This document shows positions 13,171 to 24,837 of a DNA stretch of 64,000 nucleotides, piece by piece. The notes beneath the pieces were generated by a model. The model was not told where the DNA came from, searched no databases, and saw only the letters and a program-made list of their open reading frames with translations. The first letter of the stretch is position 1; the number at the start of each line of letters is the position of its first letter. The position numbers were made by a program, and so were the translations under genes. Source of the DNA: Cetorhinus maximus (taxonomy: Eukaryota); contig NC_135910.1 in NCBI RefSeq assembly GCF_964194155.1, positions 15,562,001 through 15,626,000 on the forward strand. The letters are read 5' to 3'.

Positions 13171-13975
13171 TACAGAGTGAGTGAGTCCAGCAGCTTTCTA
13201 TTGTGGCCTGCTAATGCTGCAATTGATTAGTTATACCTATTTCAAACACTTGCGCTGTGGTCTAATTAAATTCATGGGTTGCTTGTGTGTGTGATTACTG
13301 ACTGAATCTCCAGGGAGGCTACAAGGTGAATGACAAGGATTTAGGATGCTGTAATCAGCTGGAGACTAATTGCTTCATTTGTTTAGCAATACCCGAGCGT
13401 TCTTTTCAAAAAAAGATCCAGCCTTCAAAAGCTGCAACCTCTGCGAGGACTGGACTTTCTTTAAAGAGATAATCTTGGATGTGTATTAGGTAAAAAAGCG
13501 TGACATAACTTCATAAGTCCATTTCAATATGAAAAGCGAGGCAGATTTTAATTTACATAGCCCTTTGTTATGCTGTCAGTACATCTGAAAGCAATGAATC
13601 ACTTTTCTAATGGAGTCCATGTTATGTTGGCAAATGAACTAGCCAGCTGGAATCAGCAATATCCCAACTTAAAGAAGATCTGCATTTTCAGTTGTTCAGA
13701 AGAAATGCAATGCACATTAAAGGGATTGTTACATGGTCACTTTTTTTGTCAACATTCAATTTTAATGACATTCAAGAGAGCATTAGCTGATTATTTGAAT
13801 AGAAACAATGTGCGAGGGTACGGGGAAAAGGCAGGGCAACGGGACTAGGTCATAATGCTCATTTGGAGAACCGGTGCAGACTCGATGGGCCGAATGGCCT
13901 CCTTCCGTGCCATTAAAATTCTGTGAAATCCTGTATGTAAACAGCTGCCTGTAACAATGCAGTTGTGGACTTTAG

Positions 13976-13990
13976 CCAGTAGGTGGCACT
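13976..13990 (+). promoter_or_regulatory. Candidate CTCF site
   Basis: CCAGTAGGTGGCACT matches the CCASYAGRKGGCRS consensus; motif match only. Confidence 0.4.
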
Positions 13991-14022
13991 GTGAAGTGAG
14001 ATTCTGAAGTCTTTGAACTAGA

Positions 14023-14450
14023 TGTCAGCCATGGCTCAGTTGGTAGCACAGTCGCCTCTGAGCCCAGGCGGTTGTGGGTTCAAGTCCCTATTACAGCTCT
14101 TCAGCACAAATATCTAGGCTGACACTACAGTGCAGAACTGGGGGAGTGCAGCACTGTTGGAGATAACCACTTTTGAATGAGACAATAAACATTCTTCTGT
14201 CTCAGGTGGATGTAAAAGGTCCCGTGACACTATTTTGAAAAAGAGCAGGACAGTTATCCTTAGTATCCTGCCCAATATTTATCCCTTAATCCACATCACA
14301 AAAAATGATTATCTGATCATTATTATCTTATCATATTGCTGTTTGTGGGAGCTTGTTGTGCACAAACCAGCATTTCCTACATTACAACAGTGACTACACT
14401 GTAAAGTGCTTTGGGACAGCATTATATAAATGCAAGTTTTTTTTTTTTCC
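14023..14450 (+). mobile_element. SacSINE1-like SINE
   Basis: GTCAGCCATGGCTCAGTTGGTAGCAC head through the ATAAATGCAAG tail. Further copies near 20743-21160, 24300-24700, 32180-32560(-), 33715-34145, 38285-38630(-), 40315-40750(-), 54430-54920(-), 60355-60680(-) and 63696-64000. Confidence 0.78.
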
Positions 14451-14721
14451 TTTAACCCTCAACATCTAGTACACTGAATAAGATTTACATTCATCGCTGA
14501 CTCTTGGAAAAGCTGGAGGCAATTAACTTGGAAAAATGTCTTACAGCCACCACACTCCAAACTTCACTCTTTGCTACAGATGCAAAATAATGATGCAACA
14601 AGTTAAAAAAAACAACAGTAGTGCAGTGTGAAATTTTCAGGCAATTAGAACTGCCCATCTGATGGACCTTAGCAGTCATCAGTAGCTCCGATTGCATGGG
14701 TGACCCTTTCTTGAATTATTC

Positions 14722-15470
14722 TTTTCATGGGATGTGAGCTTCTCTGGCATGGCTAGCATTTTGTTGCCCATCCCTATTCGCACTAGAGAAGGTGGTGAGC
14801 CGTCTTCTTGAATCGCTGCAGTCCATCTGGTGTAGGTACACCCACAGTGCTGTCAGGAAGGGAATTTCAGGATTTTGACCCTGAAACAGTGAAGGAGTGG
14901 TCGACATAGTTTCAAGTCAGGATGGTATGAGGCTTGGAGGGGAACTTGCAGGTGGTGGTGTTCTCATGCATCTGCTGCCCTTGTCCTTCTAGGTGACAAA
15001 GGTCATGGTTTGGAAGGTGCTGTCGAAGGAGGCTTGGCAAGTTGCTGCAGTGCATCTTATCAACGGTACACACACTGCTGCCACTGGGCGTCAATGGCGG
15101 AGGAAGTGATTGTTTGAGGTGGTAGATGGGGTATCAATCAAGTCGGCTGCTTTGTCTGTGATGTATTGAGCTTCCCAAGTGTTGATGGAGCTGCACTCGA
15201 ACAGGGAAGTGGAAGGTATTCCATCACACTCCTGACTTGTGCTGTGTAGCTAGTAGACAGATTTTGGGGAGTTAGATGGGTTACTCACAACAGAATTCCT
15301 GCTCTTGTAGCCACAATATTTATGTGGCTGGTCCAGTTAAGTTTCTGGTCAATGGTAACCCCTCAGGGTGTTGATAATCGGGGATTCAGTGATGGTAACG
15401 TCGTTAAATATCATGGGGAGATGGTTAGATTCTTTCTCGTTGGAGATGGTCATTGCCTGGCACTTGTGCA
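14722..15470 (-). mobile_element. Non-LTR retrotransposon 3' fragment (CR1/L2-group family B)
   Basis: Homologous to 29755-30490 (KMHCSN..LRQHLP) with the same GGGATGGGCAAxAAATGC tail. Confidence 0.75.
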
Positions 15471-16271
15471 ATGGAAAACCTATGCAGTGGCCTTAAAGGC
15501 GCAGGCCACATTGGCAATTAAATATATAAGATCCATATTCTGGACACATTGCGAGCAATGCCAGAAGAGATAAGTTAGTTCAAAGGACAACATCTTGCTC
15601 ATCAAAGTGCATGTCAGTTCCTGATGGCTTAGTCTTTGGCCTGCCAGGTGCAGATCTGTACAAACCATGGTCCAAAAACATTCTGGAGAAATATGGCAGG
15701 ATACTGGCATCTCAAGAGGGAAAGAATTAATGTTCCACAAACGCTACCTTATTGCCATCATTCCTAGCTTAATCTTCTAAATATCAACTAGGTCTTAATT
15801 CGAGTCTCGGTTGGTAAATGTATAAACTTGACAAATATTTACAATAGAGGGCAGTGGAAAATTTGGAATTAACTGCATATCAAATTCCAACTTCAGGATT
15901 CAGGTATCAAACAGCCAGGATAGGATTCCAGTGGATCAGATCTCTTGCTGCTCAACCCTACCATTTGGAATTTCAGTGGTGCAATCCCATTTAGTTTCAG
16001 TGCGTAATCCCAATGGATCAACCACTTTTCCATTCACTCCCAATGTATAGAATCCCAATGAAATAAACCCCTTCCCGTTCACTCCCACTGTTTAAAATTC
16101 CACATGGCTCCCGATCCAAACCAGCTATTATCCAGTCTTTAACGATCAGGTAATCCGCTTAAAATTTCACCTAGAGAAAGCATGAAAGATTTAACATCTT
16201 CCTGCGGAGATTCACTGCATTCTATCACTGCAAGTTGACTGAGACCAGGATTTGAACACATCTCATCTTAC

Positions 16272-16335
16272 CGTTGTCTAATTATGTCCAAGTCTTCACC
16301 AATTTGCAAATGGCCCTTGGGTTTAAAATCAAACT
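16272..16335 (-). CDS. SARS2: SARS2 exon 6
   Basis: TTCTAG| (E)FDFKPKGHLQIGEDLDIIRQ+CG |GTAAGA; 64 nt. Confidence 0.93.
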
Positions 16336-16447
16336 CTAGAAGATAAAGGAGGAAGAAAATAGTCGGCAGACTTGCGAGCTTTCAGGCACAAATTAAAACT
16401 GAAGGCCTTCCCAGTATTGGTGGACCTTCCCAGCGTTGCTCACACAC

Positions 16448-16576
16448 GGGCCGGGATTTTCCAACCCCATTGTGGTGGGACCCGGTGTGGATTATGCAGG
16501 GGCCCAGCCAAAAGTCCACTGACTTTCGGCGGGACCGGAAAATCCCAGCGGTGGATAGGGCCAGAAAATCCCGCCC
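16448..16576. mobile_element. MITE-like element
   Basis: Terminal inverted repeats GGGCCGGGATTTTC / GAAAATCCCGCCC, CpG-rich; no clear TSD. Confidence 0.5.
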
Positions 16577-17710
16577 ATGGTCTGGACGCTTAAACATTAA
16601 TCTTCCCTGTCCTTTTTTAGGCTACTGCTTTAGCACACCTCGCGGACATCTGAGCACTTGTGTTACAGTCCAATCAGAGAGTGTGGGTTCCTCTGGCTTA
16701 ATACACTTTTACATGCATGTTGTAGTCTGGAGCTATGGTTAGTGATGGTAGAGGCTCCAACTCTCTTTCCATCACATGGCTGACCAGGAATCCCTCCCGC
16801 TCTTACCGCCTGCCATTGGCGTGTGTTGGAAGGATTTGCAGGTTGATACTCAACCTGTTTGGCTGCGTTATGAACGCACTTTCCTCGGCCATCAAGTCCT
16901 GGAGAGGGACTCGAACCTGGAGTTTCTGGATTAGGAGCAGGGACGCTACCCACTGTGCCACAAGGCGTCCATTCTGAGTACTTGTAGCTGCTTGTAAATT
17001 GCTGAGGCCAATTGGAAATCAGTAAAATGTTTGAAAATTTCGGGCTCTGGGTCAGAAGCATCCAGAATGAAAAGAACAAAATAGTTTAAAACTCTCATCC
17101 ATGCTTTTGTTACCTCTAGACTTGACTATTCAAACACACTCCTGGTCAGCCTCTCACGTCCCAGCCTCTGTAAATTTGAGGTCATCCAAAACTCTGCTGC
17201 TTCTGTCCCGGCTCACACCCAGTCCCTTTCATCCATCGTTCCTGTGCTCGTTGACCTACATTGGCTCCTGGTTAACCAAGGCCTCAATTTTAAAATTCTC
17301 ATCATTGTTTCCGAATCCCTCCATGGCCTTGGCCCTCCCCATCGCTGTGATCTCCTGCAGCCCCACGTCCCTCCGAGTTCTCTGATTCTGACATCTTGAG
17401 CCTTGCTGATTTTAAACACCCCGCCATTGATGGTCATGCCCTCTGATGCCTTAGCCCTAAACTCTAAAATGCCTGCCCTAAACCTGTTTAAATCCTTTAA
17501 GGTGCTCCTTAAAACCTTCCTCTTTGATCAAGCTTTTGGTCGCTTGTCCGAATATCTCCTTATGTGGCTTGGTGTCTGGCTCTATTTGATAACGCTGCTG
17601 TGAAGCACCTTGGGACATGTCACCTTGTTAAAGGTGTTATACAAAACTGTGGCTGCTCCTCATTATGTACATTCTGTTTACTGTGGGTCTTGATAACTAA
17701 GGATTCTCAC

Positions 17711-17765
17711 CTGGTTTATCACCAATCGTTTCAACCACACGAGCTTGACTTTCATCACCTATGGG
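17711..17765 (-). CDS. SARS2: SARS2 exon 5
   Basis: TTGAAG| PIGDESQARVVETIGDKP+G |GTGAGA; 55 nt. Confidence 0.93.
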
Positions 17766-18635
17766 CTTCAAAGAAAGAGAGAGCGGTTAAACCTCAAAAT
17801 AAACCAATGTGAACCAGACCTAATTGGGACAGATTTGGCATTTTTGTTTCTTTATTCTTTGTTGGGATGTGGGCAATGCTGGCAAGGCCAACATTTGTTG
17901 CCCATCCCAAATTGCCCTGCAGTGGCTTGCTAGGCCACTTCAGAGAGTAATTAAGAGTCAACCACATTGCCATGGGTCTGGAGTCACATGTAGACTAGAC
18001 CAGGTAAGGATGGCAGATTTCCTTCCTTAAAGGGATATTAATGAATCAGATGGGTTTTTATATCAAGCGATGATAGTTTCATGGTCAACATTACTGAGAC
18101 TAGTTTTCAATTCCAGGTTTTACTGCTTAAACTTAAATTCCATCAGCTGCCATGGTGGGACTTGAACCCATGTTCTCAGAGCATTAGGCTGGGCCCCTCT
18201 CCGTGTTGCCTGGGCATAGAAAAATGGAGAAAGTGGGCTTTCTGTCCTTCGGCGATGGACTGCTGGATTGGAGTAGAGAGATCAATGTCCAATACTGAAG
18301 TTAACTTCAAGCAACAACGGTCTGCGGAGGATATGTCGGTGGCAGGATTTGATATTTATGTCAGAAGAGAGAGATGGGGCCATGGCCACACACGCCCCAC
18401 ATGTGCCTATAGTGTGAAACAGCATCCCGTGGAGGATGTGTCCCCCAGATTTTGCCACCATCTCAGCTGATAGACAACAAGGGCACTGGGTGGCTCTAGG
18501 CTGAAGTCCCAACACTGGTAATCCAACAGAAAAACAGAATCAGTGAGGTTTAATGATAATAATTGCAAGGTTACAGAGCAAAACAGACAGTCAGGGTGAG
18601 GACTCCTGAGAAGGTAAGTACACAACTATAATAAG

Positions 18636-20100
18636 GGCGGGAAGGGGAAAAGGGGGAAAGGGGGGGAGGGGGAAAGGGGGGAGGGGGAAAGGGGGGAGGG
18701 GGAAAGGGGGGAGGGGGAAAGGGGGGAGGGGGAAAGGGGGGAGGGGGAAAGGGGGGAGGGGGAAAAGGGGGGAGGGGGAAAGGGGGGAGGGGGAAAGGGG
18801 GGAGGGGGAAAGGGGGGAGGGGGAAAGGGGGGAGGGGGAAAGGGGGGAGGGGGAAAGGGGGGAGGGGGAAAGGGGGTGGGGGAAAGGGGGGAGGGGGAAA
18901 GGGGGGAGGGGGAAAGGGGGGAGGGGGAAAGGGGGGAGGGGGAAAAGGGGGGAGGGGGAAAAGGGGGGAGGGGGAAAAGGGGGGAGGGGAAAGGGGGAGG
19001 GGGAAAGGGGGAGGGGGAAAGGGGAGGGGGAAAGGGGGAGGGGAAAAGGGAGAGGGGAAAAGGGAGAGGGGGAGGGGGAAAGGGGGGAGGGGGAGGGGGA
19101 AAGGGGGGAGGGGGAGGAGGGGGAAAAAGGGGGAGGGGAGAGGGAAGAGGGGAGGGCGGAAAGGTGGGGGGGGGAGGGGGAGGGGGAGGGGAGAGGGAAG
19201 AGGGGGAGGGCAGAAAGGTGGGAGGGGGAAAGGGGGGAAAAGGAGGAAGAGGGGGAAAGGGGGAAGAGGGGGAAAAGGGGGAAAGGGGGAAGAGGGGGAA
19301 GAGGGGGAAAAGGGGAAAGAGGGGGAAGAGGGGGGAAAGGGGAAGGAGGGGGAAGAGCAGGGAAGGGGGAAGAGCAGGGAAGGGGGANNNNNNNNNNNNN
19401 NNNNNNNNNNNNNNNNNNNNNNNNNNNNNNNNNNNNNNNNNNNNNNNNNNNNNNNNNNNNNNNNNNNNNNNNNNNNNNNNNNNNNNNNNNNNNNNNNNNN
19501 NNNNNNNNNNNNNNNNNNNNNNNNNGAGGGGGGAAGGGGAAGGGGAAGGGGAGGGGGAGGGGGGAAGGGGAGGGGGAGGGGGGAAGGGGAGGGGGAGGGG
19601 GAGGGGAAAAGGGAGAGGGGGAGGGGGAAAGGGGGGAGGGGGAAAGGGGGGAGGGGGAGGGGGGAAAGGAGAAAAAGGGGGAGGGGAGAGGGGAGGGCGG
19701 AAAGGTGGGGGGGAAAGGGGGGAGGGGGAAAGGGGGAGGGGAGAGGGAAGAGGGGAGGGCAGAAAGGTGGGAGGGGGAAAGGGGGGGAAAGGGGGGAGAG
19801 GGGGAAAGGGGGAAGAGGGGGAAAAGGGGGAAAAGGGGGAAGGGGGAAGAGTGGGAAAAGAGGGGAAAGGGGAAAGAGGGGGAAAGGGGGGAAGAGCAGG
19901 GAAGGGGGAAGAGCAGGGAAGGGGGAAGAGCAGGGAAGGGGGAAGAGCAGGGAAGGGGGAAGAGCAGGGAAGGGGGAAGAGCAGGGAAGGGGGAGGGGGA
20001 AGGGGGAGGGGGAGGGGGAAGGGGAGGGGGAACGGGGGTAGGGGGAAAAGGGGAGAAATGTGAGGAAGAGGGAAAGAATGAGACAAAAGGAGAGGGGAGA
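18636..20100. repeat. Polypurine (G/A) low-complexity tract around an N gap (19388-19525)
   Basis: (GGGGGAAAGGGGGGA)n and (GAAGAGCAGGGAAGGGG)n arrays; almost no pyrimidines on the + strand. Confidence 0.95.
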
Positions 20101-20406
20101 GTAACAACCTGCAATTACATAGCAAAACATCTCAAGGCTCTTAACAAGAGCAATGCCAAATAAAAACATTTTTGACATCATGCCACATAATGAGATATTA
20201 GGCCAGGTGGGCCAAAAGCCTGGTCAAAGAGATAGGTTTTAAGGACTGTCGTAAAGGAAGAGAGAGAGGTATACAGGTGGAGAGGTTTAGGGAGGGAATT
20301 CCAAAGCTTAGTGGCAAAGCACCTGGAGGCACAGCCACCAATACTGGAACCATTGTAATCTGGGAAGGGTGAGAAAGGACACACATTGATACAAAATAAT
20401 TTTTAC

Positions 20407-20547
20407 CACACTTGGATGAGTCCAGTTGGGTAGCTTCAAGGCTTTCAAGTAGAAGTGTTCATCCAGATGGCTCTCTTGCTGATAGAGAGCATTTAATTCC
20501 AGGCGAATTTCCTTCCCTCGGTTTCGCAGTCCCGAGAAATCAGGATG
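20407..20547 (-). CDS. SARS2: SARS2 exon 4
   Basis: AACAG| [47 protein letters not shown] |GTAAAA; 141 nt; SerRS LPNxTHP motif. Confidence 0.95.
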
Positions 20548-22465
20548 CTGTTTTCAATACAGTATTTTAAAAAATTATAGCTCCAAAACCATCCTTTGCT
20601 TTCCGGCAATCTCCATCATCTTATTAATCACTTTTGTTTTTCAATTTCAATTTATAATCTGAAGACCAATCACAATTGTATTGAGCGCACACTACAGACA
20701 TACACTGTAATGGTGTGCAATACATTTAACTCAGCCCGTTAATGTCAGCCATGGCTCAATGAATAGCGCTTGCCCCTCTGAGTCAGAAGGTTGTGGGTTC
20801 AAGTCCCACCCCCGAGACTTAAGCACAAAGGTTGACACTTCCAGTGCAGTACTGAGGGAGGGCTGCACTGTCGGAAATGCTGTCTTTCAGGTAAGCTTAA
20901 AACATCCCATGGCATCATTTCAAAAGAAGGGCAGGAGCGTACTCCCCAGTGTCCTGACCAATATTTATTCTTCAACCAATACTATTAAAATAGGTTATCT
21001 GGCTATTATCACTTTGTTGCTTATGGGAGCTTTCTGTGCACAAATTGGCTGCTGTGTTTCCTACATTAAGACAGTGACTACACTTCAAAAATACTTCATT
21101 GGCTGTAAGACACTTTGGGACATCCTGAGTTTGTGAAAGACGCTATATAAATACAGTTTTTCTCTCTAAATCTTTTCACCACAGTGAAATATCTGTACAC
21201 CCCAGAATCACCCAGCACAAAATGCTGACCAGTGTTTGTTCTCACCAATTCACTATTTTCCATCCATTAAAGTGAATATCCCAGACTGGCACAGACGGGC
21301 AGAAAACCCTGGCTATCCTCTCCTGGCGTTACCAAATTTTGAGTGGAAAGATTCTCTAATTGTACAGTTCATATTTTCCATCAAGATTTCACACACCCAG
21401 TGTTGGATTTTACCGAAATCCGAGTTACACTGTTTAATCCAGGCCTCAGCTGGAGTATTGTGTCCAATTCTGGGCATCAGACTTTAGGAAGAGCCTTATA
21501 GAGGGTGCTGAGGAGATTCACTAGAATGGTATCAGGGATGAGGAACTTCAGTTAATGGAGAGAGACTAGAGAAGCTGCGATTGTTCTCCTCAGAGCAAAG
21601 AAGGTTAAGAGGAGATTTAATGTGGTTGTTGAAAATACTAAAGGGTATTGAGAGGAAATAAGGAAAAACAGTTTCCACTGGCAGGAGGGTTGGTGACAGA
21701 ATACACAGATTTAAGGCAACTGGTGTTTTTATGCAGTGAGTTTTTGTCATCTGGAACACGCTGCCTGAAAGGGCGGTGGAAGCAGATTCAATAGTAACTT
21801 TCAAAAGGGAACAGGATAAATACTTGAAGAGGAGAAATTTGCAGGGCAACGAGGAAAGAGCAAGGGAGTGGGATTAATTGGATAGCTCTTTCAAAGAGAT
21901 GGCACAGGCAGGACGGGCCAAATGGTCTCCTTCTGTGCTGCAAGATACTTTAAATTCTGATCGAAACACACCACCACCGTAGAACTGAGCATCTCCAGTT
22001 CATTTCCATTACGAACGTTGATTCCCCGAATTCCTTCAAGTGTGAGTTGTACCTGCTTCTGGCTAGGACAGAGGTTGTATACATCATTGAATCTTACAAC
22101 CATTTGGCCCATCGTGTGTATGCTGGCTTTTTGAAAGAGTTATTCAATCAGTTGCATTCCTGATGCTATATCCCCCAGAGACCTGCAATTTTCTGCCCTT
22201 CAACTACATATCCAATTCCCTCTTTAAAGTTACGCAAAGTTACACAAGTCATTTGATTGGTTAGCTTAAATGGCTAGAGTGTGGTGCAGAATAACACCAA
22301 CAGCATGGGTTCAATCCCTGTACTGGCTGTGGTAGTTTGTGCAGGCCTGCCTCCTTGCCTTGTCCCATGCTGGGTGCGAGGTGGTGTCCCTCAAGCTGTA
22401 TAACCAATTGTCTCTCTGCAATGGAGAGAGATGCCTTCGTGGGCTACAGCTAATCACCAGTTCCT

Positions 22466-23382
22466 TGTATAAAACATAGGGACCGCAAAGTATTCATTAG
22501 GACCAGAATGGTCTTCTGAGTTAACTGTGTATCAATTAGGTGTTAATTGTATACAGGTGGTGGGTATTAATTGGGGACTCGTCTGGGCTTATATATATTT
22601 TTCGCAGCAGACTGAAAGAGTTTTTTTCCCTGTGGCAACTGCACTGTGTCTTTACAACTAAAAGCTCGTAAAGTGATTAAAGACTAGACTCCAGTGTTCT
22701 ATCCTTCACCACCTGGTGTTATAAATGTGGGACCTTTGGAAGTTTAAAGAACAAGGAGTTGCCAAGGTGGGCCTTGCTGACCTGTTCTGGAACACTCAGT
22801 TTCAGTGGAACGATTTTTAAAGGACACCAGAAGATTCAATCTCACGGGGCAGGGAGAAGTGAGCCTGCTGGAATCTAGGAGTGCCTTGAGACTTAGTTTT
22901 GTGTTGCTACCCATCTGCCGAAGCTTGACATAAAGTTAAAACGTGTGGTATGACATATTTTGTTTGAGTTAATTAGTTCATGCAAAAGTACCTTTTCCTA
23001 AATTGGTGTATTATGTTAAGGTTAAGGATAAACAGGTGGAGGGTATTGATTAATTGTCTTTGAGCACATATAAAAAGGGACTGCTGGGACACAGGAGTTG
23101 GTAGATAGGAGGCAGACATCTGTAATGCTACATTCTATGAATAAACTATTATTGTGAAAAGGATCTATGTCCAGTTTCATACTTCACCACCTGGCTTAGA
23201 TCCAATAACATATTAGTTGCCTGTTGAGTAGTGTTTGATCGATGCTGATTTTAGTTTGTTTACTACAGTAAAGGTCTTAAAATGTGAATTCTTCCCTTTG
23301 GTCACTGGGAAATTCATCAATTTTTAAATAACAATTATTGGTCTCTAAGGGGATTGTAACACTGGCTAGCAGAGCTTTCACA
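22466..23382 (+). mobile_element. Three nested solo-LTR-like elements
   Basis: Outer TG..CA with TSD TCCT. Middle 22717-23361, TGTTA..TAACA, TSD CTGG. Inner 23014-23210, TGTTA..TAACA, TSD TATTA. Confidence 0.75.
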
Positions 23383-23653
23383 TCCTGGACTAGTTTCGAT
23401 TCCCTTAGGGGTTGTAGTAGAATTTTCCAGATTATTCGCCTTCCTTATTTGACCTGGCTTTTTAAACATAGGCTTTCAGCCTCTCCCAGGAGATCATGTG
23501 GTTTAAGGTGGGGTGAAGAGTGATGGCCAAAGTATCACAACAGCATAGAGCAGGACAGATGGACCAGAGGCTCCTTTCCTCTTCGTATGTTTGTACGTAG
23601 ACAATCACTGCACCCCCCACCCCGTCTTGATAGGGGAGAGAGACAGTACTTAC

Positions 23654-23683
23654 CGATTGGAGAGCTTCCTTATTGTGTTTGTC
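23654..23683 (-). CDS. SARS2: SARS2 exon 3 (30-nt microexon)
   Basis: TTGCAG| DKHNKEALQS |GTAAGT; in frame, and the same length as the human segment ANQDSGEVQQ. Confidence 0.8.
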
Positions 23684-24741
23684 CTGCAAACAAGAAAGCA
23701 ACTGATTCAAAATGTTTTACTTTTGTTAAAAGAAAAATAAAAAGTGACAAACATTTACTCTGATAACATTTCCACTCTAGGTTTTCTTTCCTTGTACACA
23801 GCACCGCACTCAAACACAAATTCAGCTCATCCCGTCAATTTCCCCTGATCAGCCAGCTTCCCTCCAGATTATCCAGTGTCTGACACACGTAGAAATCTAT
23901 CACCGGACTTCAAATCGGTAAAAGACACACACGCAAGGTTTCGGTTTACTCGATACCCAACAGTGTCAGCCGTGGCTCCACGGGTGACATTCTCGCCTCC
24001 AAGTCAGAGGTTTGTAGGTACAAGCCCCACTCCAGAGACCTGGCCGCAAAATCTATGCTGCACACTCCCATCTGCTCTCTCAGATGGACGTAAAAGATCA
24101 CATTACACTATTGCAAAGACGAGCTGGGGGGTTCCCCCCACCAGCCTCCAGTCTCCAAGTCAATGTTTACCTCTGAACCAAAATCAGATGATATGGTTAT
24201 TAGCATATTGCTGTGTGAGAGAGCTTATTGGGCTCAAACTGGCTGCCATGTTTCATGTATTCCAACAGTGACTTCAGAAGTAGTTAACTGACTCTAAATG
24301 TCACCTATAGCTCAGTTGGTAACACTCTCGCCTCTTTAGTCAGAAAGCTCTGGGTTCAAGTCCCAATCCAGGACTTGAGAAGCGAAATCAACATTGACAC
24401 TCCAGTGCCATACTGAGGGATGGCTGCACTCCCAGAGATGCCATCCTTCAGATGGCCGCGTCTGCCCTCTCAGGGTTAAAAGGTTAAAGACCCCATGGCA
24501 CTAATTTTCAAAGAAAAGGGGAGTCCTCCCCGGTGTTCTGGTCGATATTTATCCCTCAATCATCGTCCCAAAAAAAAAACAGATTGCTGTTTACGGGAGT
24601 TTGCCGTTTCCAAATTGATTACCGTGTTTCCTACATTACAACAGCGACCACACTTCAATAAAGTTTTTCATTGGGTCGTAAAGACAATCCAGTGATCGTT
24701 ATGGTTACTTTAAACTTGGGAAGAATTTTTTTCTTACTCAC

Positions 24742-24837
24742 CAGGAGGGCTTTAATTGAATCACTGATTGTTTTCTTCTCATTCTCCAACTTCTCTATTG
24801 TCTCCTTTGCTTTCACCAATTGTTCCCACGTGGATAC
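24742..24837 (-). CDS. SARS2: SARS2 exon 2
   Basis: ACAG| VSTWEQLVKAKETIEKLENEKKTISDSIKALL |GTGAGT; 96 nt; resembles human [21 protein letters not shown]...VRALL. Confidence 0.92.

Noticed and set aside
18571-20181. Long Pro-rich and Gly-rich ORFs (395-536 aa)
   Set aside because: They are artefacts of a stop-free polypurine tract spanning an N gap, inside a SARS2 intron.
24300-24375. tRNA-like sequence (TAGCTCAGTTGGT..GGTTCAAGTCCC)
   Set aside because: It runs straight into a SINE body and has no acceptor-stem pairing. It is a SINE head; no true tRNA gene was recognised in the window.
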